A DNA stretch of 64,000 nt from Ignavibacteria bacterium UBA2333 (lineage in GTDB: Bacteria > Bacteroidota > Ignavibacteria > Kapaibacteriales > Kapaibacteriaceae), in assembly GCA_002344895.1 (NCBI GenBank), contig DDUR01000101.1:64623-128622 (forward strand), read 5' to 3'. The position numbers were made by a program, and so were the translations under genes. The notes beneath the pieces were generated by a model that did no database searches, had not been told where the DNA came from, and worked only from the letters and a program-made list of their open reading frames with translations. This document shows, piece after piece, positions 18,467 to 27,534 of this stretch. Position 1 is the first letter of the stretch. Each line of letters begins with the position of its first letter.

Positions 18467-21234
18467 GGAAGGAGTCCGGCGTCTCTCGCAGTTACAATCG
18501 CTTCGGCGCGCGATGTTACGTTGAGCTTCTGGTAGATGTTGTACAGGTGCGTCTTTACGGTGGCAAGAGAGACGAACATACGATCTGCAATGCGTTGATT
18601 ACTCAAGCCCATTACAAGATGTCGCAAGGTGTCGAGCTCACGTTCTGTAAGTACTTCAAACACGTTTGTTGCAGGTGTCGTCTGTCGTTGGTGAGTGAAC
18701 GGGGCAAAGGGGGCTTCCCGTCGGAGGACAACTCGTTCAATCGCGTCGAGAACACGTATCGTGCCCTCCGAAGGATCTTCCGACCGAATGTCGTCGAGCC
18801 ATGGTCCTGCGACCTCGGCTATTTCTACCAGATGATACGAAGGAGAGAGTGTGCCGTACAACCTCATGATTGTAACAGCCTCACGGATGGCAGTACGTGC
18901 TGCCCCCTCTGCCCCCTTCATCACCGCGTCAAGCCAAGTTATCACGTGAAACTCACCAATCTGGCGATGCAGATTCATTGCAGTTGCATGTTGTTTTGCC
19001 GCTGCCGTGAGCTCAACAACTCGATTGCCGTCACCGCAACGAATCGAAGCAATGATGAACTGGATCACAGCTCCTAGTCGTGCAAACTGAGCTTCTGATT
19101 CCTGTTCCCAATGCTCGTATCCTTGTTCCCGACATTCTTCGACCCACTTCTTGACCGCCGCTGTATCGCCTCGTGCCATGGCCATGCCTGACTCCATGAC
19201 ACGGCGTTTGTTACGTACGGGTGCAGCAAGCATTCCGTGCTCTTCACCACGCACAATGTCGATAAGCCGTATTGCTTCGTCCCACTCATGTCGCAACACA
19301 CGAATTCGATGATCGGTTTGAATGGCATTGATTAGATACAAGATGCCAAGCCCCGGACGCTCATCGAATATCCTGTATGCCCGCCGACAGCAATCAAGTG
19401 CTGTGTCAAAGTCACCAGACTCAAACGCTATACGTCCATCAAGTGTAACATGTGCAATACGTTCTGACTGTGGGACCGTAGCCCCACTGGCGGCAACAGC
19501 TACATACGAATCAGCAGATGCACGACGAGCTCTCTCTACATCGCCACGAATGATATGTACGTTTCCAATGTCACGTTGAACACTTGCAAGATCCTGAAAC
19601 CTCTGACGAGCGATATATCTATCGACAACAAATCTGAGCACACCAATTGCACCATCTACATCCGTTAGTGTAACGAGGCTTCGCGAATACATAGCGTGCG
19701 CCGCAATGACCGATGTTTCCAGGCTTGCAGTGCGTATCCCAGCTGCTGTTGCCTCACTGGCAGTAAGAGATCGGAATGTCTCTACAGAATTGCGAAAACT
19801 ATCTGAAGCACTGATGAATCTTCCACGGGCCATTTCGAGTGCACCCGTAAAAAACTCAACGTGAGCGCGGAGGTATCGTCGTGCAACATCGTCTCGTTCA
19901 CGTGGTAGGGCAGCTTCGAGGCGCTCCACATGAATCGCCAAACGCTCGAGATTCATCGTATTGCTTGCACTTAGCGATTGCAGGTATAACAATCGCGGGT
20001 GAAGGGCAACAACGTCGTCAGGTAACGTATCTACGAGCACTCCAATGTTCACAACCGTCGCATCATCGTCTACTGCCGTCCATGAATACTCAAGGACAGT
20101 AATCTTACTCTCAACATCACTCATTCTCTGAACCATTCGCAATGCAGCTGGTATCTGCCCTGCTTCGATATATCGAAGGGCCGCGTGACGTCGTACGTCG
20201 TCGGCTTCACTAACAGGCAGAGGTATTCGAGAACGAACGGCTTCGGCAAACAAACCGTAAAAACGATACCAGGACGATGTTTCAGACAGTGGAACGACAA
20301 AGAGGCTACGACGCGAAAGCTCAACTAATTGATCACTACCGGGTTTACCATCAGCTTCAGCCAGAATCGCGCACAGGTCTGCATCAAACACCTCAACCAG
20401 TGCGAGTTTGCTCAGTAACATTCGCAAGTCATCCGGTACGTCGTTCAGGACCTCTTCCAGAAGATAGTCCAGAACAAACGCGTCGGCGCCCGCAAAGTCT
20501 CTCAAGAACGCATCAACATCCTTGTGTCGTCTGAGTGATAGAGCTGCCAAACTCACTCCGGCAGGCCACCCCTCTGTACGTTCACGTAGTACAACCACGT
20601 GGTCGTTCTCCAGGGTTATACCTGACGTGCGTTCAACAACAGTGCGCACATCATCAAGTCCAAACAACAGGTCAACGGAACGTAACTCGACAAGTAAACC
20701 GCGAGCTCGAAGTCTGGCCAAAGGAAGTGGCGGGTCTGTCCTACCAATTGCAATGATGTGAAGGCCTGTTGGTGATCCATTCATGAGAGCACCAAACACG
20801 TCGCGTAATGTATCGGCAGGAACTTGGTGGTGATCATCAAGGACAACTATGAGACTTTCCTGAATCTCGTACGCCTCGTTCACGAACGTTGCCGTAAGAT
20901 CCGCAAACTCCGGAAGAACGTCGTCGTTCAGACGTTCGTAGGTTTCAGCAAATGCTTCAGGTCGTTTACGACGTACAGCCTCGACGATAACAGCAAGAAA
21001 CCGCACATCACGTTGATCATCTTCATCACAGGACACCCAGGCAGCATCCAGAGCTCTGAACTCAATCCACGAGGCAACAACGGTACTCTTTCCAAACCCA
21101 GCTGGTGCCGTAACCACTGTCAGTAATGCTTCAACAGCCGCATCAAGACGCTGAAAGACGTCAATGCGTTCTATGGTATGGGGCAAAAGGGGCGGCGGCT
21201 GCGTCTTCGAGAGTAACGACGGTCGGATTGGCAT
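18463..21234 (-). CDS. MalT-like LAL/STAND LuxR-family regulator (paralog of 15800-18466)
   Basis: Walker A TAPAGFGKST; C-terminal LuxR HTH; stop overlaps downstream paralog start (ATGA). Confidence 0.8.
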   Translation of the reverse strand: MPIRPSLLSKTQPPPLLPHTIERIDVFQRLDAAVEALLTVVTAPAGFGKSTVVASWIEFRALDAAWVSCDEDDQRDVRFLAVIVEAVRRKRPEAFAETYERLNDDVLPEFADLTATFVNEAYEIQESLIVVLDDHHQVPADTLRDVFGALMNGSPTGLHIIAIGRTDPPLPLARLRARGLLVELRSVDLLFGLDDVRTVVERTSGITLENDHVVVLRERTEGWPAGVSLAALSLRRHKDVDAFLRDFAGADAFVLDYLLEEVLNDVPDDLRMLLSKLALVEVFDADLCAILAEADGKPGSDQLVELSRRSLFVVPLSETSSWYRFYGLFAEAVRSRIPLPVSEADDVRRHAALRYIEAGQIPAALRMVQRMSDVESKITVLEYSWTAVDDDATVVNIGVLVDTLPDDVVALHPRLLYLQSLSASNTMNLERLAIHVERLEAALPRERDDVARRYLRAHVEFFTGALEMARGRFISASDSFRNSVETFRSLTASEATAAGIRTASLETSVIAAHAMYSRSLVTLTDVDGAIGVLRFVVDRYIARQRFQDLASVQRDIGNVHIIRGDVERARRASADSYVAVAASGATVPQSERIAHVTLDGRIAFESGDFDTALDCCRRAYRIFDERPGLGILYLINAIQTDHRIRVLRHEWDEAIRLIDIVRGEEHGMLAAPVRNKRRVMESGMAMARGDTAAVKKWVEECREQGYEHWEQESEAQFARLGAVIQFIIASIRCGDGNRVVELTAAAKQHATAMNLHRQIGEFHVITWLDAVMKGAEGAARTAIREAVTIMRLYGTLSPSYHLVEIAEVAGPWLDDIRSEDPSEGTIRVLDAIERVVLRREAPFAPFTHQRQTTPATNVFEVLTERELDTLRHLVMGLSNQRIADRMFVSLATVKTHLYNIYQKLNVTSRAEAIVTARDAGLLP

Positions 21235-21286
21235 AGCCGCAACCTAAGGAGAGCGAAGATATTGTCGGGCCGACGTGGGCTAGAAG

Positions 21287-21327
21287 TGGGGAGGCAGGTG
21301 GGGTTAATGGTGGGGAGGCAGGTGGGG
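21287..21327. repeat. two 17-bp direct repeats tggggaggcaggtgggg separated by 7 nt in the region upstream of the LAL operon
   Basis: Read directly. Confidence 0.7.
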
Positions 21328-21382
21328 AGGAGAATACCGCTCGCGTAGCGAGCACCCCGCGAAGCAAAGCTGAGCTACTCAT

Positions 21383-23668
21383 TCACCGCACAACGATGAA
21401 CTTGTGACTGCTTGCGATCTGGCTGTTTCGAAACACGAGCAGGTAGCTTCCTGAAGCAAGTGAAGAGATCGGAATGACAACTCGTGCGGTGTCACTCCCT
21501 GGTCCAAATGACGGAACATATTCACGACAGTTCTGAACAATGTTTCCTTCGAGGTCCGAGATGAATAGCTCGAGAGATGAGAGATCTGCCGTGCCGAACT
21601 TTCCGAGGTTTGCATGTATAGTTGTCGACGCCGGATTCGGACTTACATTCTGAACGTATACATGATAGATGTTCTGTGTTACTTGACTGTTGAGACCATC
21701 AACTGACGTTACCGAATCGGGATCATGGCCAAGCACATTAATGTCAACAGCTACTCCGTGAGATGGAGAGACGTATCTCACAGTCGTTGTTGAAACAAAC
21801 TGACCGCTCGGAGACGTTGGATTATAGGCATATCCTACCTTCCAAATTGGTACCTGTTTCGAGAGCACATGGTCGTTCGCAACAACAAGGAGATACCTTC
21901 CGCTAACAGCATCAAAGATTGCCAAGGTATCACCAGAGACCCACGTTGATATGGCAATCCTGTAATTCTCAACGTCCAGCGGCTCATCGAGGAGTATCAC
22001 CGTCGTATCAATGATCGTCTCTTCAACGTAACGTCTCCGAATGATTCGATCTGCCGTCGTTTTCTCTGCATCAGCAAAAGGGATAACGATGATGCTAACT
22101 GTATCACGTACAACTTGTATAGGAATTCCGGACACATAACCGTCAAACGAAATCGTGGTGCCTGAAATACTATCTCGTTGTATATCATTCGGTGCTATAA
22201 CAGTCCTAAACGGATCAGCATAGACGATGGTCTCACTCGACGAAAGTACATATCGACAAGGAGTCAAGAGCGTCGGGAGGATCGCACGTTTGATGGTCTT
22301 ATCCTTGTCATTCCATGTAAACACAATCCTCGTTTCACCCGGAACGAACATTGATCCATCGGAAAGCGTGTCAGTAAATGATCGAAAAACACTGGCACCC
22401 GAAATCCCGGATTGTAAGGCCCAGGTTGCCATAGTCGATGTCTTCACTGCTGCGCCACGATCGCCGATGACAATCTCGTGTCCGTCAGAAGTTTGGTGAA
22501 AACACCCAATCGTCATTCCTAATGGTATTTCGACCGAGCGAAAGATTTCTTGACGGGCGTCATATATCTCTGTTAACGAGCTCGAGTCTCGGAACAACTG
22601 ACTTTTCGTCCAAGTAAATCCAATTCCGATGTCGCCATTAAATCTCGTGAGGAATCCTCCACCAGGTGTATAGCCAGGCATTCTTCGGCTAGCAGGAGTA
22701 TACCGACCAGATTGTGGTTGCCAGAAAGACAGCATCCGATTTGCATCAAGTATCTGAGCAACGTCATCCACGACTGCGAAAGTCCCTACCGACTGTGCGG
22801 GTAACTGGAAGTCAGACGTACGTTCAATGACTTCGTCTTTCGACACGGTCAATGCGACCTGTTGATGTGCTCCTGACGAATCGAATCTTACACCACTCAC
22901 GCAGAGGACAGGGTTACTACCAATCCTTCCAATACCCGTCGTACTCACCCATTGCAGATTCCACAACATTGAAAGATCCGTTAGTGATAATTCTGTGCTG
23001 GAACTCACACCTTGAGCGAAGCCAAGATTATCCAATATTATGGTGTAATCTTTATCGAGTCGGACAAATGCATTTATATTAACCGTATACGGCATAGAGT
23101 CTGTTACGATTCCGCCTCGAATCTGATACAGAGTCGTATCCGACTGCAGTATCACACCTTCATCTACCACTGCAAAAGCTCGATCTGCGGTAGAATATGG
23201 TGTAATCATCAGGAAACTCTCGGTGAGTGTTTGCCCTTGAAGGATTACAAATATTGAATCTCTACGTGCTCCAAACGCTTTTCTCGAGAAATGATCATAC
23301 CAGAATGCATCATACAGTTTCGCCGAAACTGTCACATTGTCAACCACTCGAACGTAACTGCGAATTCGTCCGTCGCTCGACCACGTCCACAACGTATCAC
23401 CAACAGCGCCAATCTTGAGAACGAGTGCATTATCGAGCGTAGTAAAGTGGTTCCGTAGAGTGTCGTTTACAGCGACATATGACAAACGACCGTCTGCATG
23501 AAGGAAACAAGTTCCATTTGAGAATGATGAAACATCTACGACAGGCGAGATATCAAGAGGCAAGAAGCGCAAAAAATGCATTGATTGACATACGAGGGAG
23601 ATTGAACCCACAATCACAATGCAGACTATTAGGCCAGTTCTCACGATGATGGGGATGCACCTTCTCAT
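21383..23668 (-). CDS. large secreted T9SS cargo protein, function unknown
   Basis: Start placed at MRRCIPIIVRTGLIVCIV (TM/signal), because the ORF-track extension to 23851 runs through the tRNA genes; C-terminal T9SS CTD (GSYLLVFRNSQIASSHKFIVVR). Confidence 0.6.
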   Translation of the reverse strand: MRRCIPIIVRTGLIVCIVIVGSISLVCQSMHFLRFLPLDISPVVDVSSFSNGTCFLHADGRLSYVAVNDTLRNHFTTLDNALVLKIGAVGDTLWTWSSDGRIRSYVRVVDNVTVSAKLYDAFWYDHFSRKAFGARRDSIFVILQGQTLTESFLMITPYSTADRAFAVVDEGVILQSDTTLYQIRGGIVTDSMPYTVNINAFVRLDKDYTIILDNLGFAQGVSSSTELSLTDLSMLWNLQWVSTTGIGRIGSNPVLCVSGVRFDSSGAHQQVALTVSKDEVIERTSDFQLPAQSVGTFAVVDDVAQILDANRMLSFWQPQSGRYTPASRRMPGYTPGGGFLTRFNGDIGIGFTWTKSQLFRDSSSLTEIYDARQEIFRSVEIPLGMTIGCFHQTSDGHEIVIGDRGAAVKTSTMATWALQSGISGASVFRSFTDTLSDGSMFVPGETRIVFTWNDKDKTIKRAILPTLLTPCRYVLSSSETIVYADPFRTVIAPNDIQRDSISGTTISFDGYVSGIPIQVVRDTVSIIVIPFADAEKTTADRIIRRRYVEETIIDTTVILLDEPLDVENYRIAISTWVSGDTLAIFDAVSGRYLLVVANDHVLSKQVPIWKVGYAYNPTSPSGQFVSTTTVRYVSPSHGVAVDINVLGHDPDSVTSVDGLNSQVTQNIYHVYVQNVSPNPASTTIHANLGKFGTADLSSLELFISDLEGNIVQNCREYVPSFGPGSDTARVVIPISSLASGSYLLVFRNSQIASSHKFIVVR

Positions 23669-23722
23669 ACGACACCTCTCATAGTTCGCGATACAAAAAA
23701 CTACGCAGCGAATGCCTACATG

Positions 23723-23807
23723 TGCAAGAGGCGGGGGTCGAACCCGCACGGGTGTTGAGCCCGCCGGATTTTGAGTCCGGTGCGTCTGCCAATTCCGCCA
23801 CTCTTGC
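23723..23807 (-). tRNA. tRNA-Leu (anticodon CAA), type II with long variable arm
   Basis: Folded by hand: acceptor GCAAGAG/CTCTTGC, anticodon stem CCGGA/TCCGG with loop CTCAAAA, T-loop TTCGACC. Confidence 0.85.
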
Positions 23808-23860
23808 GATTGGCTATCTACGTGGTCCCAAGCACGATTCCGGACCACCAAGTACTGTTG

Positions 23861-23935
23861 TGGGAGGTGAGGGATTCGAACCCCCGACCCTCTGCTTGTA
23901 AGGCAGATGCTCTGAACCAGCTGAGCTAACCTCCC
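23861..23935 (-). tRNA. tRNA-Val (anticodon TAC)
   Basis: Folded by hand: acceptor GGGAGGT/ACCTCCC, D-arm GCTC..GAGC, anticodon stem TCTGC/GCAGA with loop CTTACAA, T-loop TTCGAAT. Confidence 0.85.
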
Positions 23936-23984
23936 GACGAGGAATGCGAATATAAGGGTTTCCCGGAAATGACCTACGTCGTTT

Positions 23985-24218
23985 TCACGGAATTGCTTCT
24001 ACACGTCGAACTTCGCGTACTGCCAAACGGATTGCACGTTCAATTCCCGCACGGAGTGTCATTGCACTCATAGCGCAGGTGCGGCAAGCACCGGAAAACC
24101 GGACATAGGCGATGCCAAGTTCAGCATCATACGAAACGAACTCTACGTCCCCTCCATCGCGTGCGAGGTGCGGACGTACATCAACCAACGTGGCTTTGAT
24201 CGTATCCTCAATCGTCAT
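23985..24218 (-). CDS. NifU/Nfu-type Fe-S cluster assembly domain protein
   Basis: 77 aa with CxxC (SGACRTCAMS) in Nfu-like context. Confidence 0.7.
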   Translation of the reverse strand: MTIEDTIKATLVDVRPHLARDGGDVEFVSYDAELGIAYVRFSGACRTCAMSAMTLRAGIERAIRLAVREVRRVEAIP

Positions 24219-24221
24219 GTT

Positions 24222-25307
24222 TTAGAGTTCGATGTCAACACTCGACGAGGTTGACCGCGCATTGAGAACGCGTATCTGTCGTAATACATTTCCAGCAATT
24301 GTTCGAAATTCATCAGCAAGAAGGCCCGATTCTGGGTCACAGACAAACGGGAATCCATCATCACCCCCTTGGCGCACGCGTGTGTCAATTGGCAAGCCTC
24401 CAAGGAATGGAACGTCGTACTCGGCTGCGACGCGTGCGCCGCCCCCTTCACCAAAAATGCTGTATCGTTTTTCTGGCATGTCTGGTGGAACGAAGTACGA
24501 CATGTTTTCGACCACGCCGAGAACGTCAACGTTGACCTTTCGGAACATCTGAATACTCCGTCGCACGTCAGCCAGGGCAATCTCCTGAGGTGTTGTCACC
24601 ACAAGTGCACCCGTAAGCGGAATCTTTTGTGTGAGAGTAAGTTGAATGTCACCGGTACCTGGTGGAAGATCAAATACGAGGACGTCAAGTTCTCCCCAGG
24701 AAATCTGCTCAACGAGGGTGGTAAAGTATCCTGCGAGCATCGGGCCACGGAGAATGGCGGCCTGATCTCGCTGCATAACAAAGCCTAGGGATGCAATCTT
24801 GACTCCATACATCTCGATGGGTGAACCGATGATTCTGCCGTCGTCTGTTTTGACAGCTTCCATCGATTTGTCGGCAACACCGTACATGGTCGGCTGCGAT
24901 GGACCATAAATATCTGCGTCGAGCAAGCCGACCTTCATTCCGCGCTGGGCAAAGGCTGCGGCGAGATTGGCTGCAACGGTGGATTTCCCTACCCCACCCT
25001 TACCAGATGCGACAGCGATGAGATTCTTTACACCGGCAAGTGATGGAGAAACAACTCGATCAGTGCCTCCACGCTCCCGAACGAGGATTTCGATATCGGC
25101 ATCGGGGAAATTCGCGCGTAGGGTGGCCGTACAATCGTGATCGAGCCGACGAGCAACAACGTGGACTGGCTGAACAACATCCAGGAAGACGCGGATCGAA
25201 TTGCCCGAAACAACAACGTCGTGGATGGCATTGAGGGCAGATAACGTAGCGCCAAGGTCTGGATCGACAATGGAACCTAGAAGGGTACGAACGGAGTCGG
25301 CAGTCAT
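24222..25307 (-). CDS. Mrp/ApbC family Fe-S cluster carrier ATPase
   Basis: N-terminal DUF59-like region, Walker A GKGGVGKST, ParA/MinD fold; start placed at MTADSVRTLL (ATG at 25307). Confidence 0.85.
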   Translation of the reverse strand: MTADSVRTLLGSIVDPDLGATLSALNAIHDVVVSGNSIRVFLDVVQPVHVVARRLDHDCTATLRANFPDADIEILVRERGGTDRVVSPSLAGVKNLIAVASGKGGVGKSTVAANLAAAFAQRGMKVGLLDADIYGPSQPTMYGVADKSMEAVKTDDGRIIGSPIEMYGVKIASLGFVMQRDQAAILRGPMLAGYFTTLVEQISWGELDVLVFDLPPGTGDIQLTLTQKIPLTGALVVTTPQEIALADVRRSIQMFRKVNVDVLGVVENMSYFVPPDMPEKRYSIFGEGGGARVAAEYDVPFLGGLPIDTRVRQGGDDGFPFVCDPESGLLADEFRTIAGNVLRQIRVLNARSTSSSVDIEL

Positions 25308-25440
25308 GGTTTTCTGTAACAAACGGGCGTGGAGAACACTCAGACCTACAAACCTACGGAACATGTGTATCTTGCGGCTCTTGGGGTCGACAGAGATCAC
25401 GAACATCGAACCCGATCCAATCATCTAGGAGTTTTTTTCC

Positions 25441-27456
25441 ATGAAGCACTTTTTTCTCGCTGCTTCTCTAGCCGCTGCCGTTACTGGAGCTGGTGCTCAG
25501 GTGACAACAACACCTGCTGCATCAACATTCGTTCCTTTTCCGGCCCGAATTGTTGCCAATGAGGTCGTCATGCCTTCCCACACTGGGAAGTCAGACGGTG
25601 AAACACAGGCACTATCGTATACCTCGGTATGGTCACCAACAGTCAATTCACTGTTTGTGTTCTACCCTAATTCCGTTAACGACAATGTATTGCATTATGA
25701 CAAGAATACGGGTGCAATCTTCGTCGCGCGAACGGATGCAACCTTCGACCAGACTTCTGGAGCACTTACTGGTGGTTCGGTAAGCGTCATGGTTTCTACG
25801 AATAAGGGTCAAACGTGGACACAACGTTCCCTTCTGAGTAACGTGAACTACTTCATTGGGATGCCACAACTGGCAATCGTGGGCCCAGATGGATCAACTA
25901 ATCCAGACGATTACTACTACTTCTTGTTTGGTCCCAAGTATACTGCTGGTTCAGGAACTGGAACTGTAGGTACAGCTATTCTCAAAACACCCGGAAACGA
26001 TGCATACGATCTGGAGTTTTCACTGTCAAGTCCAGTTTCGAGTTATCGATTTTTTAACGGATCGGATTTAGTAGTAGATCCATCCACGCTTGTTGTACAC
26101 CAGGCTACCATGCTAGCTTCACTAGCGAATGTTGAGGCACAATATGGTGCCTACGGTGTTTCATCCTTTTCGCTTGGAGATGAAGATTGGCGATTTATTG
26201 GCCAACCATCCGTTCTTGCTCTTGACAAGTATCGCCCAAGTGACGGTGGGATCAATTCTTCGTTTAACACGCCAATATATGTTGATGTAGATGGTGAGGG
26301 GAACGCCTATGTTGCTACAAATAACTTCCTCGTTGGCGGTGAAGATCGGCTGATCCAGGTTCACAAGTCAGATGACGAAGGGACAACCTGGTCAAATGGT
26401 AACGAGATGCCCGTTACTATTCTTGACGCTTATGCTGCAAGCATTGGCGCCAATATGATTTTTCAACCGTCTTTGACACCGTATCGAGGCAGCGAGTTTG
26501 TCGTTACTGGTCCTGATGAGTATTCCTATTTCACGCGCGTCATTGCTGGAGTTGAATCACAAGCGACTCCAGGCCAGTTGGAAACAATCACATCGTATGC
26601 GATTCTGGAGTGTAAGTACAAGAACAACGCATGGTCGATTTCGAAAGTGGCCGAGTTGAACACCATAGCTCCGTTCATGTTCTCGTATAATGACTCACTG
26701 ACACAGGTAAATGGCGAGAACACATTCGAACGTTCTGACAATGGTCGCGGCGCTGAGATTCAAATCGCACGCTCAGCTGACGGAAAACTCATTGTCAAGT
26801 ACATCGACATCGACACAAATCGTCGTATCACGTGGTCGCCGTCGTATCGACTCATGACGAATTCGAACGGACTTTGGATCGAAGATGGTCGCATCGATAC
26901 CTTGTTTTCTCAAGATGTATTCATTGCGACACGTGACATGAATGGCTCGGCTTGGTCGACACCCATTAACGTAACGAATGACAATGAGTTCAACATCCGA
27001 ACGTACATCCCTCGCGATGTGGCAAGCGTAAACGAGATTCCGTTCATGCAAGCCACTGGAAATACAACGTCGCAACTCACAAGCCCGTTAAATCCTCAGT
27101 TCGCTCAAGCCCTTATCAATACAGGCTCGACACCGCGGTTTGCCATGATTAATCTGTCTACTGTTTCCGTTGCAGAGGATCCAGCATTCGCAACGTTCCA
27201 CGTAGCCGACGTACGTCCAAATCCTGCAACGAATAACGCTGAAGTTGTCTTCACACTCGATCGTCCAGCCACGGTTTCCGTTGACGTTTATGACGTCATG
27301 GGTAACCTTGTCTCTACGGTCGTTCCAGCTACACGTATGGATGCTGCCGTTAATGGCACAAACATCAATGTGTCGAACTTTGCTCCTGGTACGTACATGG
27401 TTGCCGTTACGGTTGACGGTGTTCGTACCGCTCGCAAGTTCACGGTTGTGAAGTAA
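25441..27456 (+). CDS. secreted BNR/Asp-box (sialidase-like beta-propeller) T9SS cargo protein
   Basis: Signal peptide; Asp-box-like motifs (STNKGQTWT, SDDEGTTWS); T9SS CTD (PGTYMVAVTVDGVRTARKFTVVK). Confidence 0.6.
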   Translation: MKHFFLAASLAAAVTGAGAQVTTTPAASTFVPFPARIVANEVVMPSHTGKSDGETQALSYTSVWSPTVNSLFVFYPNSVNDNVLHYDKNTGAIFVARTDATFDQTSGALTGGSVSVMVSTNKGQTWTQRSLLSNVNYFIGMPQLAIVGPDGSTNPDDYYYFLFGPKYTAGSGTGTVGTAILKTPGNDAYDLEFSLSSPVSSYRFFNGSDLVVDPSTLVVHQATMLASLANVEAQYGAYGVSSFSLGDEDWRFIGQPSVLALDKYRPSDGGINSSFNTPIYVDVDGEGNAYVATNNFLVGGEDRLIQVHKSDDEGTTWSNGNEMPVTILDAYAASIGANMIFQPSLTPYRGSEFVVTGPDEYSYFTRVIAGVESQATPGQLETITSYAILECKYKNNAWSISKVAELNTIAPFMFSYNDSLTQVNGENTFERSDNGRGAEIQIARSADGKLIVKYIDIDTNRRITWSPSYRLMTNSNGLWIEDGRIDTLFSQDVFIATRDMNGSAWSTPINVTNDNEFNIRTYIPRDVASVNEIPFMQATGNTTSQLTSPLNPQFAQALINTGSTPRFAMINLSTVSVAEDPAFATFHVADVRPNPATNNAEVVFTLDRPATVSVDVYDVMGNLVSTVVPATRMDAAVNGTNINVSNFAPGTYMVAVTVDGVRTARKFTVVK

Positions 27457-27478
27457 TCACGAGCAATCCGTATACTAC

Positions 27479-27520
27479 GGGGCGATGGTACGTGTACCAT
27501 CGCCCCGTTTTCGTTTTTTT
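27479..27520 (+). terminator. rho-independent terminator
   Basis: ggggcgatggtac-gt-gtaccatcgcccc followed by gttttcgttttttt. Confidence 0.8.
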
Positions 27521-27534
27521 ACTGACTGAACGAC

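Noticed and set aside
15800-21234. The STAND NTPases might be an Avs-like antiphage defence pair
   Set aside because: Both proteins have the MalT-type architecture with a C-terminal LuxR helix-turn-helix and no nuclease or other effector domain. This fits transcriptional regulators.
21383-23851. ORF-track version of the T9SS gene extending to 23851
   Set aside because: The 5' extension reads through both tRNA genes. An internal Met followed by a hydrophobic signal or TM segment at 23668 is the plausible start.
23669-23984. Possible prophage or integrative element at the tRNA-Leu/tRNA-Val locus
   Set aside because: There is no integrase, excisionase, phage structural genes or att-like tRNA fragment duplication in the flanks. 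Neighbouring genes are chromosomal (NifU-like, Mrp) or ordinary secreted proteins.
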